Assembly: GCA_037969075.1 (NCBI GenBank)
Contig: JBBKWS010000188.1
Coordinates: 1 to 27,846 of the forward strand
Reading direction: 5' to 3'
DNA: 27,846 nucleotides
DNA from: Bdellovibrionales bacterium
GTDB lineage: Bacteria; Bdellovibrionota; Bdellovibrionia; Bdellovibrionales; UBA840
The first letter of the stretch is position 1. Every line of letters starts with the position of its first letter. Under the pieces are notes generated by a model. The model saw nothing but the letters and a program-made list of their open reading frames with translations. It did no database searches and was not told the origin of the DNA. Shown piece by piece: positions 25,996 to 27,846 of this stretch. The position numbers were made by a program, and so were the translations under genes.

Positions 25996-26229
25996 AAACC
26001 TACCTTATTAACTTGTGGAAAAAATTCGACCCCCCCTATGACTCCAGCAAAAACCGTATTATTTACTCTTCCGTCTGCAGTTGGATCTATGGGCTAAACA
26101 ACAACCGAAGGCATCTATAAGCTAACCACAGCCAACGAGGCAGAAGCCTCGATCATCGGCGGCATTAAAGTAATCTTTGATGCTAGCAACACGCTTAATG
26201 GCAGCTTTGAAGTTAGTCTTTCCCTGTAA
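25992..26229 (+). pseudogene. 5'-truncated, frameshifted copy of the 24217-24702 lipoprotein gene
   Basis: Fragments TKTYLINLW / KTVLFTLPSAVGS / LNNNR / TEGIYKLTTANEAEASIIGGIKVIFDASNTLNGSFEVSL align to the intact gene but lie in different frames. Confidence 0.9.
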
Positions 26230-26241
26230 TTAATAAGCCTT

Positions 26242-26276
26242 AAAAAAATAAAAGCACTGATCGCATGACCAGTGCT
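26242..26276 (-). terminator. Intrinsic terminator, minus-strand orientation
   Basis: Minus strand AGCACTGGTC-ATGC-GATCAGTGCT (10-bp stem with one G-U) followed by TTTATTTTTTT. Confidence 0.7.
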
Positions 26277-26401
26277 ATATTGAATTCCAATTGGCTTAAA
26301 CTCTAGTGTTTTTTAAAGTCACTTTTTTCGAAAGCCTCTCTTTAAAGATACTAAAGTGACTGCCTCTTCGCGCCGTCAATTTTATCAAGACTTTCGTCCA
26401 A

Positions 26402-26430
26402 TTGATGAAACTTTGACTAAATTATATAAT
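26402..26430 (+). promoter_or_regulatory. Putative sigma70 promoter giving a leaderless mRNA
   Basis: TTGATG-N17-TATAAT, with ATG 26437 starting 7 nt after the -10 and no SD. Confidence 0.6.
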
Positions 26431-26436
26431 TTTATA

Positions 26437-27543
26437 ATGAGGCTATATATTCTTATATTAATTACTCTTGGTTCAAGGTCGATGAGTTTTGCCCAGAAAT
26501 GTTCTTTTGAACAAACTTTGTCCTTAGCGCCCTGCGCCCATGCGGCTGAAGAACTTTGTAATAAAGTCAAGGCCTCGCATATTCTCACAGCATCAAAGGA
26601 TGTTTGGATTAACTATCGAACATCAACGGAAGCACAAGCTATAAAAGGAACTTGCATGCGCGAAAAACGAAATGAGTCTCTTTGCAGTCGCGAAGTTTAT
26701 TTAAAGTATAAGAAAGAAAAATTCGAATACATACAAAATGACCCGAATTTCAAGCAAGCTTCTTCAATTATTTCCGATATGTTAGAGCAATCAAAAAAAG
26801 ATTTTATTGAAAGTATAGATCAGCCATGGATACATGATAATAGCGAAAGCCCTCTTCTAAATATTTTGAGCTACGTTGACGTAAATCCTTATCAAAAGGA
26901 AGATCGAGATTTATTGAAAAGAAATTTAGGGCGCATTGAATTTGCTAATTCCCAAGATCAAGATCTTGAAGCTTCTGACGCTGAAAAACTACTGACTAAT
27001 AGGGGTACAGCTAGTTTTAATCCAAAAGATAGAAATGTAAATTATCCACCTCAATTTGAAAATAAAAGATCGCGCGACGTAGTAACTATGGGTATAGACA
27101 TACAAATGGAACTCGCAAAGCCAGAATATCAATTGTTATTGGCACAGATTATATATCATGAAACGGCACACTTAATTACACGTGCTGCCTTTGTTGATAC
27201 CAATACATACTACAGAGCTTCAGCAAAGACCTCCCAAGTTCTCGAAGAATTTGTAAACGGTTGTCAGCTTGATCCCAACAAATCAAAGCGACCTGCAGGT
27301 AAAATGCAGGAGGATCTTGCTGATTTTCTTGCAGCCAGATTGGTTTCGAAATTGCCGCAAAATTATTATTCTCAAGATAAAATTGAAACTCTTGCCTCAT
27401 ACTATTGCTCTATGAGCAACGAAGAAAGCCTCGCTGGACATGAAGGCGGACAAGCAAGACTACATAAAGTAATTCTGCAAAATAAAACTTTCAGACAAAA
27501 ATTGAATTGCGAAGCTGAATTAAAATGCGAGCCTTTTTTATAA
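26437..27543 (+). CDS. Secreted Cys-rich gluzincin-type metallopeptidase-like protein
   Basis: Signal peptide MRLYILILITLGSRSMSFA-Q if the start is 26437 (track start 26356). HETAH zinc motif, downstream EDLAD, then H-x5-R and a C-terminal F..KLNC. Confidence 0.7.
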   Translation: MRLYILILITLGSRSMSFAQKCSFEQTLSLAPCAHAAEELCNKVKASHILTASKDVWINYRTSTEAQAIKGTCMREKRNESLCSREVYLKYKKEKFEYIQNDPNFKQASSIISDMLEQSKKDFIESIDQPWIHDNSESPLLNILSYVDVNPYQKEDRDLLKRNLGRIEFANSQDQDLEASDAEKLLTNRGTASFNPKDRNVNYPPQFENKRSRDVVTMGIDIQMELAKPEYQLLLAQIIYHETAHLITRAAFVDTNTYYRASAKTSQVLEEFVNGCQLDPNKSKRPAGKMQEDLADFLAARLVSKLPQNYYSQDKIETLASYYCSMSNEESLAGHEGGQARLHKVILQNKTFRQKLNCEAELKCEPFL

Positions 27544-27728
27544 ACTAAATTCTTTAGGGGCACACTGGCCGGAAAACCTCTCGAATTTCAGTTTCGAGCC
27601 ATCCTCTCCATTGCTAAAAACCAATCTTTATAAGTCATAAACCGTATATAAACACACTGACTTCTTGATTCATTAAATGGCACAAATTTACAAACTAATA
27701 ATGCCCTAACTAGCTGATTTACAATACA

Positions 27729-27755
27729 GTTTCAGATTCTGAAACACTGTTTCAG
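27729..27755. promoter_or_regulatory. Palindrome plus extra half-site, candidate operator
   Basis: GTTTCAGA-T-TCTGAAAC (27729-27745) followed by TGTTTCAG, ~70-95 nt upstream of ATG 27824. Confidence 0.45.
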
Positions 27756-27823
27756 TAAATATCTGGCTATAAACCTAAAAGCCCATTATTACTAATGTAA
27801 CCAAATTAATAAGGAGTTTTTAA

Positions 27824-27846
27824 ATGAAATACTGTTTAGCAATTTA
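27824..27846 (+). CDS. Start of a CDS running off the window (MKYCLAI...)
   Basis: AAGGAG RBS at 27811-27816, ATG 27824, signal-peptide-like first residues. Confidence 0.55.

Noticed and set aside
25839..26120. 93-aa plus-strand ORF
   Set aside because: Chimera of antisense sequence and out-of-frame pseudogene fragments.
24575..26221. Repeat pair as a diversity-generating retroelement TR/VR
   Set aside because: No reverse transcriptase in the window. The mismatches are not confined to adenines of one copy, and 4 of 5 are synonymous.
7928..27400. Other short track ORFs nested in or antisense to longer genes (7928, 9438, 10558, 10789, 11188, 13091, 17737, 19682, 19853, 21045, 22376, 24789, 25463, 26385, 27176)
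   Set aside because: They overlap conserved or well-supported CDSs and have no recognisable features.
27544..27690. Possible decayed minus-strand gene end (..SNGEDGSKLKFERFSGQCAPKEFSL*)
   Set aside because: Short, interrupted by stops, and no homolog can be recognised by eye.
27678..27693. TGGCACAAATTTACA as a sigma54 promoter
   Set aside because: Lacks the GC at the required GG-N10-GC spacing.

Overview
AT-rich chromosomal window, most likely from a Bdellovibrionota (Bdellovibrio-like predator). The taxon is inferred from the Agl/Glt gliding-type genes, FQNC-type lipoproteins and a lower mevalonate pathway next to rplT. In order: (1) a truncated FG-GAP lipoprotein missed by the ORF track; (2) a GltG-like FHA/TonB-C gene plus an AglR-Q-S-like proton-channel motor, converging on a GltF/CglF-like gene and a MIDAS-VWA/TSP3 lipoprotein, then an RCC1 propeller lipoprotein; (3) rnhC, rsmG, a TrmH-family methyltransferase; (4) an ~8.8 kb accessory-looking block with alx/terC-htpX-nhaA divergent from an NhaR-like LysR, followed by a baeRF (aeRF1-like, candidate Balon-type) protein, a small membrane protein and an HPF/RaiA protein, then an RLAN-RimK ligase and a GNAT-C39 peptidase; (5) fni, PMK, mvaD, mvk, rplT and rpmI without infC; (6) a variable region with a lipoprotein, its mosaic decayed duplicate, and two secreted proteins with metal-binding motifs. 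The best candidates for an undescribed system are the NhaR-linked alkali/Na+ stress plus dual ribosome-hibernation module, and the rearranged motor-adhesin module flanked by sigma28-type FQNC propeller lipoproteins. No tRNA, rRNA, CRISPR or transposase was seen. All calls come from reading motifs by eye; no database search was run.
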